This document shows positions 19,448-29,461 of a stretch of 64,000 nt of DNA, one piece after another. Every line of letters starts with the position of its first letter. Position 1 is the stretch's first letter. Position numbers and translations under genes: made by a program. This DNA is from an uncultured Verrucomicrobiae bacterium (GTDB lineage: Bacteria; Verrucomicrobiota; Verrucomicrobiia; Chthoniobacterales; JAFAMB01), in assembly GCA_963793135.1 (NCBI GenBank), contig CAWBYX010000012.1, forward strand, positions 65,928 to 129,927, given 5' to 3'. Below the pieces are notes generated by a model. The model was not told where the DNA came from, did no database searches, and was given only the letters and a program-made list of their open reading frames with translations.

Positions 19448-20428
19448 CTATCGGCCGTGAGCCCGTTTTCCTGCGGCGAATGCTTCGAGCGTCGACCTGT
19501 CCGGTAAGCCCTGGTAATCGCCGAAAGTCGAGACGCAGAAGGCGCCCAGGGTGGCTCCGCGGGTGACTGACTCTGGAAAAGAGCAACCGTCGAGTAGTCC
19601 GGAAATGAGACCTGCGCAAAACGCGTCTCCAGCGCCGACTGGATCGATTTCCGTTGCCGGAAAACAGGCACAAAAACCGCGTTCCTCGCCGTCAGCATAC
19701 CAGGCACCTTTGTCACCGGCTTTCAAAATGACTTGGGAGGGACCCAGACTGCGCAATCCGTCCAACATCGAGCTGTGTTCGTGCTCAGTGTATCCGGTGA
19801 GAATTTCGGCTTCTGCCAAGCTGGGAACGAGGATGTCGCATTTTTTTGCGAGCTCCAGGAAGACTGGCCGGGCCTGGTCAGCGCTCCAGAGCCGGAAGCG
19901 CATATTCGGATCGAACACCACCTTGGAGCCAGCTGCTCGGAAGCGGTCCACCAATTCGAAGGTCAGCACACGATTGGAATCGCTGAGCGCCGGCGTAATC
20001 CCGGTGACAAACAGGTACTTGGCCTTCAGCATTTCAAAGGCCTCGTTTCGCAAGGCGGAGGCAGCGGAATTGCGTCGATAATAGAATATTCGGGAGCTAT
20101 TGGCCGGGCCAGGTTCTTTGAACATGATGCCCGTAGGTTCATTCGCGGATACTTCCACACGACTGACATCAACGGATTCGCCTCGCAGGGTTTTGAGAAC
20201 CCGGGATCCGAAAGGATCAGAGCCTAGCCGGCTGACCCAGGAGACCGAATGACCAAGCCTCGCCAGCCCGATAGCGCAATTCGACTCAGCGCCTCCGATC
20301 GACGCGTGGCAGGATGGAGCAAATTCAAGTCTCTCGCGTTCCCCAGGCGCAAAAAGAACCATGGTTTCGCCGAAGGTCACCACGTCAAAGGCTGAGCCTG
20401 TCGCCGCTGTGGTCATGGTGAGGCGCAC
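19448..20428 (-). CDS. kdgK: PfkB-family sugar kinase, probably 2-dehydro-3-deoxygluconokinase
   Basis: VVTFGETMVLFAP...IGGAESNCAIGLARLGHSVSWVSRLGSDPFG and the PfkB C-terminal motif DPVGAGDAFCAGLISGLL. Confidence 0.75.
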   Translation of the reverse strand: MRLTMTTAATGSAFDVVTFGETMVLFAPGERERLEFAPSCHASIGGAESNCAIGLARLGHSVSWVSRLGSDPFGSRVLKTLRGESVDVSRVEVSANEPTGIMFKEPGPANSSRIFYYRRNSAASALRNEAFEMLKAKYLFVTGITPALSDSNRVLTFELVDRFRAAGSKVVFDPNMRFRLWSADQARPVFLELAKKCDILVPSLAEAEILTGYTEHEHSSMLDGLRSLGPSQVILKAGDKGAWYADGEERGFCACFPATEIDPVGAGDAFCAGLISGLLDGCSFPESVTRGATLGAFCVSTFGDYQGLPDRSTLEAFAAGKRAHGR

Positions 20429-20441
20429 CGGATTCGACGTC

Positions 20442-21925
20442 TTACCGTTGGCCGGCCCACCACGAACTCCTCGGTCCGAGATGCATCTGGATCGTTTTCA
20501 ATTCCGTGAATTCTTCGATCGCAAACCGGCCGAGTTCGCGGCCTTGGCCGCTTTCTTTATATCCACCGAATGGTAGTTCCGGCGAGCCATCCATGAAGGT
20601 GTTCACCCAGATCGTTCCGGCGCGAACCCGCCGGCTCACCGACAGAGCCGTATCGAAGTCGCGCGTCCAGATCCCGCTCGACAGGCCGTAATTTGTGCTG
20701 TTAGCAATTTCGATCGCTTCTTCCGCGGTATCGAAAGTCAGAATGGAGAGCACCGGGCCAAAGATCTCCTCTCTGGCAATGCTCATCTCGGGACGGACCT
20801 CATCAAAGACTGTGGTGGCGATGAAGCGTCCCTCGAGGATTTCCAGCGGCTCTCCCCGAGCTGCAGCCGAGCGCCTCCGCGCCGCCCTTGATCGATATAG
20901 CCCATGATCTTGTCATATTGCTGCTCGCTGACGATCGCGCCAACTTTGGTCTTCTCGTCCAGCGGATCTCCGACCGGTACCGCTCGCGCCAACTCTACGA
21001 CTTTGCGGACGAACTCCTCGGCAATCGGGCGCTGGATGAGGAGCCGGCTGCCGCTGTTGCAACATTCTCCCATGTTGAAGCAGATACCGAAAACGGCTGC
21101 ATCCAAAGCCGCTTCCAGGTCGGCGTCCGCGAAAATGATCTGTGGATTTTTGCCGCCGAGCTCGAGTTCGACCTTTTTCAGATTGTTGCGAGCAGCGTTG
21201 ACCACAGCTTTGCCCACATTGGTTGATCCTGTGAACGACATCATATCAACCTGCGGACTCGCAGTGAGCCGGCTTCCGACCGGATCGCCGTAGCCGCTGA
21301 TAATATTGACTACCCCATCTGGAATGCCGGCCTCCGCCAGAATCTTTCCCAGCCGGAGCGTTGTGCCTGAGGTCAGTTCACTCGGTTTGATGACGCAGGT
21401 GCACCCCGCAGCCAGAGCGAAGGGGAGTTTTTGGCTAATGATTAACAGCGGGAAATTCCACGGAGTGATCATTCCCACAACCCCGACCGGCTCGCGAATA
21501 ACCAGGCCGAGCATGGATGGTCCGAGGGCGTTGTAACTGTCTCCATAAATGTGCCGGCAGAGGGTGGCAGCATAATCCCAGAGACCGGCTGCCCAGTCCA
21601 TTTCGTCCCGCGCCTGGGTGATGGGCTTTCCGCTCTCGAGCGTCTCGATCAACGCCAGTTCCTCCTTTTGCCGGCGAATTAACTCCGCAGCCAGCAAAAG
21701 GCACTTCATGCGATCAGCGCCGGAAGACTGCGGCCAGGGTCCGCGATCAAAGGCTTCCCGGGCTGCTTGAACCGCTGTGTCGACATCCGCGATGCCGGCT
21801 TCGGCGTAATCTCCAACGACCACGCCGTGCGCCGGGCTCCGGCGCTCAAATCGTTTTCCGGATCCGGAAGGAACCTCTTTTCCGTTGATCCATAATTCGT
21901 AATGAAAAGGTGTTTTGGGAATCAT
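20442..21925 (-). pseudogene. NAD(P)-dependent aldehyde dehydrogenase, interrupted by a frame change at the C4 run 20854-20857
   Basis: ORFs 20783..21925 (ELGGKNP, catalytic FNMGECCNSGSR) and 20442..20786 ([36 protein letters not shown]) are the two parts of one ALDH. One extra G on the coding strand restores [43 protein letters not shown]. Confidence 0.8.
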
Positions 21926-21928
21926 GAT

Positions 21929-22699
21929 TTAGTGACCTTTGAAATGAGGGGAACGTTTCTCGCGAAAGGCAGCAAGTCCTTCTTTGGCATCGTCGGTATA
22001 GGCATTGGCCGCCGAGGCTAGCGATTCAAGCGCTGCGGCCGAAGGGTGGGCGATCAATTGTTTGGCCGTTTGGACTGCGACCGGGGCATTGGAGCAAACC
22101 TTTTCGGCAAGAGTGGCGACCGAATTGCGAAGCAGGGCGCCCGGCACCACCTCATTGACCAGGCCCCAACGTTCGGCCGTGTCGGCACCTATTTGTTCAC
22201 CGGTGAATATCATCTGCTTAGCACGGGCGCCGCCGATCAATTGCGGCAAACGGCCGGTTCCGCCCCAGCCTGGGATCGTGCCGAGTTTGACTTCGGGCAT
22301 CGCGAACCGAGCCGAGTCCGCGGCGATTCTCAAATCGCACCCGAGAGCCAGTTCCAGGCCGCCTCCAAAAGCGAAACCCTGGATGGCGCAAATCACTGGC
22401 TGGCGCGCGCGTTCAAGCCGTTCGAAGATCCGCTGTCCCCGGCGCACCCATTCCGCCCACATTTCGAGGGGTGAAAGAGCTGTCCAGGCCAGGATATCGG
22501 CCCCGACGCAGAATGCTTTGTCACCGCTCGACTCCAGAACAATGACTCGAACTTCGCGCGACTGTTCCGCCCGGCCGATGGCATCCTCCAGTGCGGAGAG
22601 CATTTCCGGATCGAGGGCGTGGAGTTTCTCAGGTCGATCCAGAGTGATGCGGGCAATCGCTCCATTGATCTGAAACTTCACTTTGTCACTGAGGCTCAC
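21929..22699 (-). CDS. enoyl-CoA hydratase/isomerase (crotonase) family protein
   Basis: ITLDRPEKLHALD, SSGDKAFCVGADI, ICAIQGFAFGGGLELALGCDLRIA and PEVKLGTIPGWGGTGRL motifs. Confidence 0.9.
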   Translation of the reverse strand: MSLSDKVKFQINGAIARITLDRPEKLHALDPEMLSALEDAIGRAEQSREVRVIVLESSGDKAFCVGADILAWTALSPLEMWAEWVRRGQRIFERLERARQPVICAIQGFAFGGGLELALGCDLRIAADSARFAMPEVKLGTIPGWGGTGRLPQLIGGARAKQMIFTGEQIGADTAERWGLVNEVVPGALLRNSVATLAEKVCSNAPVAVQTAKQLIAHPSAAALESLASAANAYTDDAKEGLAAFREKRSPHFKGH

Positions 22700-24961
22700 G
22701 AGTGATCTCCTGTGGTCAACTGCCTGACCAGCCGTTCCGCCGCCCGGAAGGCAAGTGCGAGAAGGCTGAGCGTAGGGTTGATCCCCGGGCAGGTGGGAAA
22801 CGTCGCGCCGCTGAAGACGTATAGCCCGGGTGTATCGTGCACCTCAAGCTCAGGACTGACAACGCTTTTTTCGGGATCTTCTCCCATTCGAGCGCCGCCA
22901 AAATCGTGGCTGCTGCCGACTCCGGTAAATCGGTCGCCGCGCCAGGTTCTGGTGGCCCCATCTGCGCAGGATCTCTTCAGACTTGGCTTCCATCCAATCA
23001 GCGAGCCGGTGTTCATTCTCCCTGAGGTCATAAGTGATTCGAAGAACGGGAAGACCGACCCCGCTCCGGTCGCGAGAATGGGGGTCGAGGTCGATAAAGT
23101 TGTTCTGATACGACAAGGTGTCGGGTTGAATGCGAACGACGCCGAAATGCTGCCATTGGAGAAGGTGATCCTTGTAGGGTTTGCCCCATCGCTGGATGCC
23201 GGGCGGCAGCGCTTCGCGACTGATCTGAATCGGCAGGAACTGTTGTTCAGCGCCTAAGGTGGCACCACCAATGAAGCCTAGCTTAAAGGAGTCAAAACCA
23301 GGAGCGAAAAAGTCATCCAACACCAGACCTTGGGCGGCTGGACCGGTGTGTCGATTAAAGATCGTCTCAGGGAAAAAGCCGTCGACATGGGCAAACATCT
23401 TCGTCATGAAATGTTTGCCGAGTTGGCCTCGATTGTTTCCCAGTCCATCCGGATGCTTCGAATCGCCCGAGAGAAAAAGCAGCCGGAGATTCTCGAAGGT
23501 GTACGCACTTAAGATGACAGTCCGAGCTTTTTGGAAACGGCGGCGGCCCTGAGGGTCGATGTATTCGGCCCCGGTCACTCGCCCATTTTCGTCGGTCCCG
23601 ATTCGGATCACTCGGCAATGAGTCCTCAAGTCAAGATTGCCGGTCGCCAACGCTTCGGGAATCGAGGTGAGGGAGGGATCCCATTTATCGCCGTTGAACG
23701 AGCCGAACCCATTGCTCCAGGCGCAGTAGGTTGTCGCAGGCCGGCCCCGGTACGGAACCGTGTTGACTCCGACAGCGACCGGGTGCGGATGCAAAGCCAT
23801 TCGTTCGGTCGCTTCTCTGTACAATTTACCCAGGCGAAACGGACGCATCGGCGGCATCGGCAATGGTTTGCTTCGCTGAATAAACGGATTGGACTCGTCG
23901 CCTGCAATCCCGATGGCGTGCTCAAGATGCGTATAGTAGGGCTCAAGTTCTTCGTAAGTGAGCGGCCAATCGGCTAAGGTACATCCCGTGGGTAACGCGG
24001 AGAGACCCCACCGGCTCTTGACATGGCTTAACATTTTGAAGTGGTGGGGATGAAAGCGCCGCAACCAGCCTCCATAATGGATAACAGATCCTCCGACGCT
24101 GTTCATCATCCGGCCAAGAGAGAAAGTCGCTTCCTGTGTCGCTTCGCCTTCATTGCGCCGCCAACGCGGGATCTCGCTTAAAAACTTGGAACCCATATTG
24201 CCCCGGCAATAGTAGGTGGCGCCAAGTTCGTCGGGGAGATAATCGGCCTGGGTCCGAAAGGGGCCGGGTTCGAGTGCAACGACCTTGAGGCCTGCTTGAG
24301 CGAAAACCGGTGCCACCACCGAGCCTACCGTGCCCGCCCCGATCAGCAGGATGTCAGCGTCAGCGGCTGGGTCAGCGGTTCCGCGGTGAGGATCGAAACC
24401 CGGAAGGGGTCGCTTTTCCTGGCGGCCCCGCTGGAGGTCTGCCAGCGACAGGATCTCGCCCCCTTTGTCTGCTGGTTTTTCGGCGAGGCTTTCCTCTGCG
24501 CTGTTCTCCAGCCAAACGCCAGGATGACCTAACAGCCGCCAGCCCGCTTTATTGCGATTGCCTCCGTAGATCGGGTCGGCAAACAGCCCCTCTTGCAAAT
24601 GGGATCGTGCCAGTTCGAAGAAGGCTTTTCCTTCGATTGCCCGGAAATAGGGTACCGAACCTTCCTCAAGCGCCTTAATCAGTTCTTGCTGCTGGGCGGG
24701 ATCCGCATCGATGAACGGTCGATCGAAGCGATGGACAGATTCGGCATCCAGGGCATCAACCCCTAATCGATAGGTCTCCAAATGGTGAACGTACGGCCCG
24801 CTCAAAGCCCGGTCGAGATATTGAATGACTCCAATCGAGGACGCACCCGGCCCATTTTCGTCCCCCGGGAAGAGTTGCTCAAAAAGAGCGTTGAGCGTGG
24901 CGGCTTCCGCTTGGTTAAGTGCGATAAGAGCACGCACGTAGTGTAGAGATGGGGTGTCCAT
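22696..24961 (-). pseudogene. fusion of a gluconate-2-dehydrogenase-subunit-3-like domain to a GMC oxidoreductase, interrupted by a frame change at the C4 run 22956-22959
   Basis: N-terminus has LFADPIYGGNRNKAGWRLLGHPG (subunit-3 hallmark), then the FAD fold ILLIGAGTVGSVVAPVFAQAGLKVVALEPG. The C-terminal GMC end (SSHDFGGARMGEDPEKSVVSPELEVHDTPGLYVFSGATFPTCPGINPTLS) is in ORF 22696..23031 in the adjacent frame. Confidence 0.75.
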
Positions 24962-24965
24962 GGGT

Positions 24966-26489
24966 TCAATTTTGGGAGGACCTGAGCGAGAGACCCTCGA
25001 TGTGGTCGGCGACCCGCAAGGCCTGGGCAGCGATCGTCAGCGCGGGATTTACGGCGGAGGAAGATGGGAAGAATGAGCCGTCGACCACAAAAAGATTCGG
25101 CAAATCGTGACTCCGGCAGAAAGGATCGAGCACCGATTGTGTCGGGTCGGTTCCGAATCTCAGAGTGCCGCATTGATGGGAATTGGTCTCAATTCCCATG
25201 CGCTGGACCAAGACCACTGGGAAACCTGCACGTTTCAACATCCGCGTGCCGGCCTGCAGCAACCGGTTGTGCGCGCGAAGATTGTTCGGGCGATACCGGA
25301 CTTCGATTCTTCCGGCAGGCCCAAGGGTCGCCCGGTTTTCTGGGTCGGGTAAGTCTTCTGACATGACCCACCAGTCAACGCTGCGCATGGCGAAGGCATT
25401 GAGGAGAGGCTTAGGAATCCAGCGTTGATTGGCGGTGAGCATGCCAGCCTGCAACTTTCCAAGGAGTTGCAGATTCCCGAGAGGATACCGGTGTCCCTGT
25501 TCACCTCGAAAATAGAAATCGTTAATGGCCATGGTTTTCTGAAACGTTGTCGGATTGATGCGGAACGGATCGATCGCCATTAAAGCGGTGTTGTTGTGGA
25601 CCATGTAATTTCTGCCAACCAATCCGGAAGAATTCGCGAGCCCGTTTGGATGTTCGGTGCAGGCGGAGCGAAGCAGAAGCGCAGAGGAGTTAACCGCACC
25701 GCAAGAAACGATAAATGTCTCAGCTCTCACGCGGACTGTTTCGCCCTGATGTTCGATTTCAACTTCGGCGATCTTCTTTCCAGAACGATCCGTAATCAGT
25801 CGTCGAGCCAGGGCTCGAGTCATGAGTTCGATGTTGCCCAATGCGAGCGCCGGGCGTACGCACGAAACATCGGCCTCAGACTTGGCGTGAACCTTGCAGG
25901 GGAACCCGTCGCAGGTTTTGCAGCGGATACATTTTCCGCCCTGACGCAAATCGATTCCCAGCGGCAGGAAATAGGGATGCAGGTTCTGCCGTTCCAAGCG
26001 TATTTTAAGAGCCTCGACATACGGTTCGTGTGGTACTGCCGGGTATGGGAATGGCGCAGAACGTGGCGGATCGGTTGGGTCAACGCCAGCCTCCCCATGC
26101 ACTGAAAGCATCTGTTCTGCACGACAATAATAGGGTTCGAACTCCTCGTAACTAACGGGCCAGGCTGGGGAAACTCCTTCTTCATGCTCAATGTTTGAAA
26201 AATCCTCTTTTCTCAATCTCGGGAGAGCCGCTCCGTAGACCTTCGTATTTCCGCCAACAAAGTAATGGACTCCAGGAAAAAAAGGGCGGCCATGCTGGTC
26301 GAACCATTGTTCTTTCGGTTTGTATCGGGTCCGCGCAAAAACCGCTTCGGGGTTCCAGTTTTCCGGCTCGGACGGAAGATAATCGCCCCGTTCCAGGAGC
26401 AAAACCTTCCGCCCCCAATTCCGCAGTGCATAGGCAAGGGTTCCACCGCCCATCCCCGTCCCAATGATCACTAGATCGTAAGCCTTCAT
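24966..26489 (-). CDS. GMC family oxidoreductase, 507 aa
   Basis: FAD motif YDLVIIGTGMGGGTLAYAL and the C-terminal GMC region HQCGTLRFGTDPTQSVLDPFCRSHDLPNLFVVDGSFFPSSSAVNPALTI. Confidence 0.9.
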   Translation of the reverse strand: MKAYDLVIIGTGMGGGTLAYALRNWGRKVLLLERGDYLPSEPENWNPEAVFARTRYKPKEQWFDQHGRPFFPGVHYFVGGNTKVYGAALPRLRKEDFSNIEHEEGVSPAWPVSYEEFEPYYCRAEQMLSVHGEAGVDPTDPPRSAPFPYPAVPHEPYVEALKIRLERQNLHPYFLPLGIDLRQGGKCIRCKTCDGFPCKVHAKSEADVSCVRPALALGNIELMTRALARRLITDRSGKKIAEVEIEHQGETVRVRAETFIVSCGAVNSSALLLRSACTEHPNGLANSSGLVGRNYMVHNNTALMAIDPFRINPTTFQKTMAINDFYFRGEQGHRYPLGNLQLLGKLQAGMLTANQRWIPKPLLNAFAMRSVDWWVMSEDLPDPENRATLGPAGRIEVRYRPNNLRAHNRLLQAGTRMLKRAGFPVVLVQRMGIETNSHQCGTLRFGTDPTQSVLDPFCRSHDLPNLFVVDGSFFPSSSAVNPALTIAAQALRVADHIEGLSLRSSQN

Positions 26490-26506
26490 GGCGTGAATCG
26501 GCAGCC

Positions 26507-28096
26507 TTAACGGTCGGAATTCAATTTCAGACCGAAAGGCTCCGGTTGGAAAATACGTTTGTCCATCACCCCAAGGTGCTCGCTCACCCGCAACGGGAAA
26601 TCAGCCTGGAGCAGGACGTCCTGTTTGAGATCAACGCCTGGGGCGATCTCGATAACTGTCAATCCTTCCGGCTCAAGGCTCAGTACGCATCGTTCGGTGA
26701 TGTACAATACCCTTTGTTTAAGTTGTTGCGCTCTGCGGCCGCTGAAGGTCACATGTTCGACTTCCGGCACAAATTTTCGATTTTTCCCTTCTCTGGCAAT
26801 CCGCAACTGGTTGTTCTCGACCCGCAGGTCAAGGCCTCCGGCGGTGAAGTACCCACAGAAATAGATCGCGCGCGCCGCGGCCGTGATGTCGACGAATCCC
26901 CCGCACCCGGCCGTCACGTGCGGCCGGAGAGCCAGCCGTGAGACGTTGACGTTCCCATATTGGTCGACTTGGAGGAAAGAGAGACAGCTGCTGTCAAAGC
27001 CGGCCCCTTGAAAAAAGGTGAACTGATCGGGTGAGGCAACGATCGCATCCGCGTTTGAGGCGCAGCCAAAAGCAAAACCCAGCAACGGCATCCCGCCGAC
27101 GGCACCCTGTTCGATCACCCAAGTCACTTCGCCGTGCAATCCTTCTTCCAGCAAGATCCGGGGGACGAGGGCGCAGATCCCAAAGCCGAGATTAACGACA
27201 TCCTCCTCGGATAATTCCAGCGCGGCGCGCCTGGCGATGATTTTATCCACACCCCACTCAATTGGTTTGAAATCCCACAGGGGCCGAAAGACTTCGCCGC
27301 TGATGGCTGGGTTATAGGCGGTCTGAGTGGTCTGCTGCTGCTCGGGATCAATGACGACATAGTCTACCAAGATCCCGGGCACTCTGACCTGTTGCGGCCG
27401 GAGAGTCCCGAAAGCCGTCAATCGTTTCACCTGGGCAATGACGATCCCCCGATTATTGCGAGCCGCCAAGGCTTGATCCAGGGCCCCGAGGTAAGCCCCT
27501 TCATGTTCCATCGTGAGATTGCCATGTTCATCGGATGTCGTCGCACGGATCAAGGCAACGTCTGGCCGGATTGAAGGGAAGAAAAGCCATTCGTCGCCTT
27601 CAAAGTTCACGACGCGAACAATCTCGTCGACTGAGCAGCTGTTCATACGTGCGCCGTTGCGCCGCGGATCGACAAAGGTGTCGATCCCCACTTTCGTCAA
27701 AATCCCCGGACGGCCAGCTGCTGACTCGCGATGCAGATGGTAAAGGATCCCGCTTGGCACGTTGTAAGCCTCGACCTGATTGTCAATAATCATCTGCCAG
27801 ATTTTTGGACTTGGCAGATTCGATGGGCCGCTCGGGAACGAACCGGCAATAACTCGTTTCAGTAAGCCGGGATGCGCCAGGTGATCGACTCCTGGAATAC
27901 CATACATGTCCCCCGCAGCAATCGGGTGGAGGGTGGTCAGCCCGAGCGGATGCCCTTTTTCGAGAAAATGTGCGCCAATGGCGCGCAAAGCGGCGTCCGG
28001 ACATCCTAAACCGCTTGAGGAACTGACGGTCACCACCGCGCCGTCGGGAATCAATTCACCGATTTTTTCCAGGGGGACTATCTTGGATCGCACCAT
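26507..28096 (-). CDS. acyl-CoA:acetate/3-ketoacid CoA-transferase (fused family I, YdiF-like)
   Basis: 529-aa single-chain alpha+beta arrangement; LIPDGAVVTVSSSSGLG, AYNVPSGILYHL, GGMPLLGFAFG regions. Confidence 0.8.
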   Translation of the reverse strand: MVRSKIVPLEKIGELIPDGAVVTVSSSSGLGCPDAALRAIGAHFLEKGHPLGLTTLHPIAAGDMYGIPGVDHLAHPGLLKRVIAGSFPSGPSNLPSPKIWQMIIDNQVEAYNVPSGILYHLHRESAAGRPGILTKVGIDTFVDPRRNGARMNSCSVDEIVRVVNFEGDEWLFFPSIRPDVALIRATTSDEHGNLTMEHEGAYLGALDQALAARNNRGIVIAQVKRLTAFGTLRPQQVRVPGILVDYVVIDPEQQQTTQTAYNPAISGEVFRPLWDFKPIEWGVDKIIARRAALELSEEDVVNLGFGICALVPRILLEEGLHGEVTWVIEQGAVGGMPLLGFAFGCASNADAIVASPDQFTFFQGAGFDSSCLSFLQVDQYGNVNVSRLALRPHVTAGCGGFVDITAAARAIYFCGYFTAGGLDLRVENNQLRIAREGKNRKFVPEVEHVTFSGRRAQQLKQRVLYITERCVLSLEPEGLTVIEIAPGVDLKQDVLLQADFPLRVSEHLGVMDKRIFQPEPFGLKLNSDR

Positions 28097-28115
28097 AACA
28101 GGTAAATGATTGGAT

Positions 28116-29135
28116 TCATGAGCCGGCTCCCGAGGACTGGCGAACGATCAGCCGAGGTTGAAGAATCACGGTCCGGATTGGGGAATCGGGTTGTTCAATT
28201 CTTTTGAGCAGCAGTTCTGCGGCTGTTTTACCAAGTTCCCGAGGGGAGGTATCAACCGTCGTCAACCCAGGAAGATTTTGCGCCGCGTCCGGTACGTTGT
28301 TAAATCCCACAACTCCAAATTCTTTACCCGCTCGCACGCCGGCATGTTGAAGAGCGTCAATGAGTCCGAACGCGACGACATCGTTGAAACAGAGTGCCGC
28401 CGTCGGACGACTCTTGACTTGCATCAGCCGGTGCAGGCTTTCATATCCTCCCCGACGTGTCGGAGGGGTGGGAATCACCAGAGCAGGGTCCAATGGAAGA
28501 CCAAATCGAACTAATGCTCGCTGATAGCCTTCCATGCGCTCGCGCCCCGTTGAGACATCCGGATCGCCGCCGATAAAAGCGATTCGACGGTTGCCCAGGG
28601 TGCAGAGATGCTCGACCGCGAGATCTGAACCTTGAACGTTATCGACACCCGCATAATCGAGACCGACCGCTCGACGGGCAAAAGCGACGGCTGGCAGTTG
28701 ACCTGGTAGATTCAGACGTCCGGCCGGCGTTTTGCGGCCTATCGCCGGACAAATCAAGATCCCATCCGCCGGAAATTCTCTCATTGTTTGGATAAGCCGC
28801 TCTTCCTTGGCGCTATCCTCCGATGTGTTTCCGAGGAGGGACACCAAATGTGCGGTGGCAAGCCGTTCCTCGATCGCGACGATGACTTCGGCGAAGAATG
28901 GGTTGGTGATATCGGAGACGATTAATCCAATGGCGTGAGACTGCTGCATCCGCAAGCTGGCAGCGCCGCGGTGATAAACGTACCCCAGCCGTTTGATGGA
29001 TCTCTGAACCCGTTTGCGGGTGGAATCGGCCACCGATGGAACATTGCGAATCACTAAAGAGACGGTTGCCCGGGAAACACCGGCGTCAGCCGCTATGTCA
29101 AGGAGGGTGACGCGCTGTTTGAGACCTGCATGCAT
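28116..29135 (-). CDS. LacI family transcriptional regulator
   Basis: N-terminal HTH VTLLDIAADAGVSRATVSLVIRNVPSVADSTRKRVQRSIKRLGYVYHRGAASLR plus a periplasmic-binding-fold domain. Confidence 0.9.
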   Translation of the reverse strand: MHAGLKQRVTLLDIAADAGVSRATVSLVIRNVPSVADSTRKRVQRSIKRLGYVYHRGAASLRMQQSHAIGLIVSDITNPFFAEVIVAIEERLATAHLVSLLGNTSEDSAKEERLIQTMREFPADGILICPAIGRKTPAGRLNLPGQLPAVAFARRAVGLDYAGVDNVQGSDLAVEHLCTLGNRRIAFIGGDPDVSTGRERMEGYQRALVRFGLPLDPALVIPTPPTRRGGYESLHRLMQVKSRPTAALCFNDVVAFGLIDALQHAGVRAGKEFGVVGFNNVPDAAQNLPGLTTVDTSPRELGKTAAELLLKRIEQPDSPIRTVILQPRLIVRQSSGAGS

Positions 29136-29182
29136 AAGGGGGGCTAGGCTCGGGCTGAACTGCAGAAAGCGGGGAACGGGTT

Positions 29183-29194
29183 TAGATCGATCTA
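29183..29194. promoter_or_regulatory. candidate LacI-type operator, 12-bp perfect palindrome TAGATCGATCTA
   Basis: Read directly; 48 nt upstream of the LacI start codon, in the divergent intergenic region. Confidence 0.5.
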
Positions 29195-29201
29195 TAAGGC
29201 A

Positions 29202-29210
29202 TAGATCGAT
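29202..29210. promoter_or_regulatory. third copy of the half-operator TAGATCGAT
   Basis: catagatcgatttt read directly, 8 nt after the first palindrome. Confidence 0.35.
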
Positions 29211-29257
29211 TTTATGAGCAGGCCAAGTTAATTCTTAAAGGATTTTAGAGATTTTTG

Positions 29258-29271
29258 ATAGATCGATCTAT
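29258..29271. promoter_or_regulatory. candidate LacI-type operator, 14-bp perfect palindrome ATAGATCGATCTAT
   Basis: Read directly; same core as 29183-29194, centre-to-centre spacing 76 nt. Confidence 0.5.
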
Positions 29272-29274
29272 ATT

Positions 29275-29299
29275 GGGGCGAAGCTCTGCCTGAGCCGGG
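29275..29299. repeat. REP-like singlet (ggggcgaagctctgcctgagccggg)
   Basis: Matches 29329-29353 (gggcgaagctccgtctgagccgggg) at most positions, same orientation, but lacks the GTAG head. Confidence 0.6.
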
Positions 29300-29325
29300 C
29301 GAGGCGACGCGCGAAGCCCGGTTTG

Positions 29326-29461
29326 GTAGGGCGAAGCTCCGTCTGAGCCGGGGCTTCCCGGGTTGCCTTGCCTTTTATCGCGGGCGACAAGATCCGTAGG
29401 GGTTGAAGTCACGGAGCAGGATGACGCGGAAAGCCCCGGTTCGGACGGAGCCTCACCCTAC
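29326..29461. repeat. REPIN-like inverted pair of 28-nt GTAG-headed elements
   Basis: gtagggcgaagctccgtctgagccgggg (29326-29353) versus the reverse complement of ccccggttcggacggagcctcaccctac (29434-29461): 24/28 identical, 80-nt spacer, GTAG/CTAC at the outer ends. Confidence 0.75.
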
